A DNA stretch of 64,000 nucleotides from Octopus bimaculoides (Eukaryota): NCBI RefSeq assembly GCF_001194135.2, contig NC_068985.1:84337363-84401362 (forward strand), written 5' to 3'. Made by a program: the position numbers and the translations under genes. The notes under the pieces are model-generated. The model saw nothing but the letters and a program-made list of their open reading frames with translations. It searched no databases and had not been told where the DNA came from. This document shows positions 61,522 through 64,000 of this stretch, in pieces; the stretch's first letter is position 1, and each line of letters starts with the position of its first letter.

Positions 61522-62202
61522 ATGCGTGCTCCTCATATAAAATTTTTACGATAGATGATTTATGGAAAAGATTATGGTAAATTTTTGAAATGCAAATCTG
61601 TGAATGAAAATTAAATTCAGAACTCTACATAGTAGCTAGACCTGGTAGAAATAGCAGCCAAATCCCCCCCAAAACACCCTACTGTCTTAATCCAACAATT
61701 CTGCCTATTATGTAATTTGAATGAGAAACTGTAACTAAAGGTAAAGATTATTAACCCCACAAAGAGGTGAAAGAAGAGAGACTGCATAGCGAAAGTTTTG
61801 GCTGACTGTCATCCTGTACTCCCTTTGTTGCTAGCGAAATGGTATATGCTAGCTGTGTGAGCAACTGGTTGTTTTAATAGCGGAATAAACAGGGAAATTC
61901 CATCAGAAAAAGTTTTAATCGATTTTCTTGCTAAGTCTGGGGGGCCAGGAAAAAAATACAAACTGCATTCCAATCTATGCACCCATCTCTACATGTGTGT
62001 CATTTTTCACATGTTTGACTGTGAACCTCAAGACAAGAAAGAATACAATGATCGCCCATGTCCAATTTATATTATAGATATGTAATACAGACAAGAAAGT
62101 AATATTTGGAATGCAGTATAGCCATGAAAACAGCAGAAAGATTGGTTATTTTACTCTTATATGACAGAAAAATTTGTCAGCAGATAGTCATAGGACTTGA
62201 AT

Positions 62203-62243
62203 CTGCACCTCCCAGATACTGGCTGGGAGGTGCAGGTTTTTTT
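62203..62243. other. perfect 13-bp GC-rich hairpin followed by T7
   Basis: ctgcacctcccag-atactgg-ctgggaggtgcag-g-ttttttt. Confidence 0.8.
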
Positions 62244-62394
62244 CCATCATATAAGGGTAAAATACTTGATCTTTCTGCTGTTTTAAAAGCTATATTGCAT
62301 TCAAAATATCAATTTCTTATCTGTATCGTATGATACACATTCAATGCTTCCAAGAATAAAAAAAGTTTGTTTACATATGTTGTTGCACATATAT

Positions 62395-62805
62395 CATCAT
62401 CATCATCATCGTTTAACGTCCATTCTCCATGTTGGCATGGGTTGGACGGTCGACTAGGGGTCTGGAAAGCCAGGAGGCTGCATCAGGCTCCAGTCTGATC
62501 TGGCAGTGTTTCTCCAGCTGGATGCCCTTCCTAACGCCAACTGCTCCAAGTGTGTAGTGGGTGCTTTTTATGTGCTACCAGCACAGGGGCTAGACAGGGC
62601 TGGCATCGACCGTGTTTGGATGATGCTTTTTACATGCTACCTGCACAGGAACCAGAGGGGGCTAGCATCGATCATGTTTGGATGGTGCTTTTACGTGCTA
62701 CTGGCACAGGAGCCAGTCAAGGCAGCATTGGCATCAGCCACGTTCAACTGGTGCTTTTCACATGCCCCCAGCACAGGAGCCAGTCGGGGCGAGTGGGTTG
62801 GCATC

Positions 62806-62810
<5 letters not shown>
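62395..62810 (-). mobile_element. RTE 3'-tail copy with four 62-66 bp internal subrepeats
   Basis: (g/a)tgctttt units at 62561, 62623, 62685 and 62751. Confidence 0.85.
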
Positions 62811-62847
<37 letters not shown>

Positions 62848-63134
62848 NNNNNNNNNNNNNNNNNNNNNNNNNNNNNNNNNNNNNNNNNNNNNNNNNNNNN
62901 NNNNNNNNNNNNNNNNNNNNNNNNNNNNNNNNNNNNNNNNNNNNNNNNNNNNNNNNNNNNNNNNNNNNNNNNNNNNNNNNNNNNNNNNNNNNNNNNNNNN
63001 NNNNNNNNNNNNNNNNNNNNNNNNNNNNNNNNNNNNNNNNNNNNNNNNNNNNNNNNNNNNNNNNNNNNNNNNNNNNNNNNNNNNNNNNNNNNNNNNNNNN
63101 NNNNNNNNNNNNNTATATATATATATATATATAT

Positions 63135-63575
63135 ATGCATCATCATCATCGTCGCTTAACATCATCGTCGCTTTCCATGCTGGCATGGGTTGGACGGTTT
63201 GAGTGAGGACTGGTGAGCCAGAAGGCTGCACCAGGCTCAATCTGATCTGGAAACTTTCTACACTTGGATGTCCTTCCTAACGCCAACCACTCAGACAAAG
63301 TAGTGGGTGCTTTTATGTGCCACCAGCATGAGGGCCATTCAGGTGGTTTTTGGCAACGACCATGCCGAAAAGGTGTTTCTTACGTGCTGCCTGCATGGGA
63401 GACAGTCCAGCGGCACTAGCAATGACCATGCTTGAATATTTTTTTTCACATACCACTGGCACATGTGCCAGTAAGACAACATTGGCAATGATCATGCTCA
63501 AATGGTGCTTTTTACATGCCACCAGCACGGGAGCCAATCCGTGGCCCTAGCAACGATAATGCTCGGATGTGACCA
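63135..63575 (-). mobile_element. RTE 3'-tail copy with internal subrepeats
   Basis: Same tail as 62395; ggtgctttttacatgccaccagcac-type units to about 63570. Confidence 0.85.
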
Positions 63576-63730
63576 TACTAGCACAGTATATCTGTATATG
63601 GATATATATATATGTGTATGTATGTGTGTGTGTGTATGTGTGTGTGTGTGTGTGTGTATGTGTGTGTGTGTGTGTGTATATACATCATTCATTTGTTTCA
63701 GATAAATAATGTTTNNNNNNNNNNNNNNNN

Positions 63731-63761
<31 letters not shown>

Positions 63762-64000
63762 AGCATGACTTAAACAGGTAAATGAGACAAAAAGAATTTT
63801 TAAGTTTGGTCACTCTTCTTGTTACCATCCCTGGACTGTTCTCAAGTAATGTATTTTAAATCTAGAAGAATACACACACACATACACACACACACTCGTT
63901 CATTCATTCATTCATTCATATTGTTACTGAAGTCAATTTCTCATTTACCTTATCTTTCATGTTCGATTTTAACCTTCTATTGTTCATCATGGACATTGAG

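Noticed and set aside
61700-62330. Bacterial contamination or horizontal transfer suggested by the terminator-like hairpin
   Set aside because: No prokaryote-like ORF, RBS or GC shift; flanked seamlessly by host SINEs and microsatellites.

Overview
AT-rich eukaryotic genomic DNA with about 10% N gaps, most of them flanked by (TA)n. The SINE families, microsatellite load and LINE repertoire point to an octopod cephalopod (inference, not verified). No intact protein-coding gene is visible; nearly all listed ORFs are microsatellite or N artefacts. The window is a layered transposon landscape: two mariner relics (one near full length with TIRs), an RTE 3' end plus several copies of its tail, a Ty1/copia RT relic, four R4/Dong-like 3' ends, Tx1-like and CR1-like 3' ends, a Penelope-like GIY-YIG relic, and at least four SINE-like families (labelled A, B, D, E here; my own labels). 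There is also a ~14 kb trinucleotide-rich low-complexity domain (38.1-52.2 kb). A few weak splice-site candidates and a CpG-retaining patch at 16.4-16.9 kb hint at an unidentified long-intron host gene. The most interesting signals are RNA-structural: (1) a near-canonical minimal type I hammerhead ribozyme at 26045-26133 (-); (2) a composite at 53.8-55.5 kb in which head-to-head tRNA-like heads each run into (AAT)n and a shared tail, the left tail carries a hammerhead-like core, and the left (AAT)n was invaded by a Dong-like LINE; (3) several long foldbacks that could form dsRNA; (4) a 150-bp locally templated insertion; (5) a stem-loop 3' tail shared by a CR1-like LINE and SINE family A.
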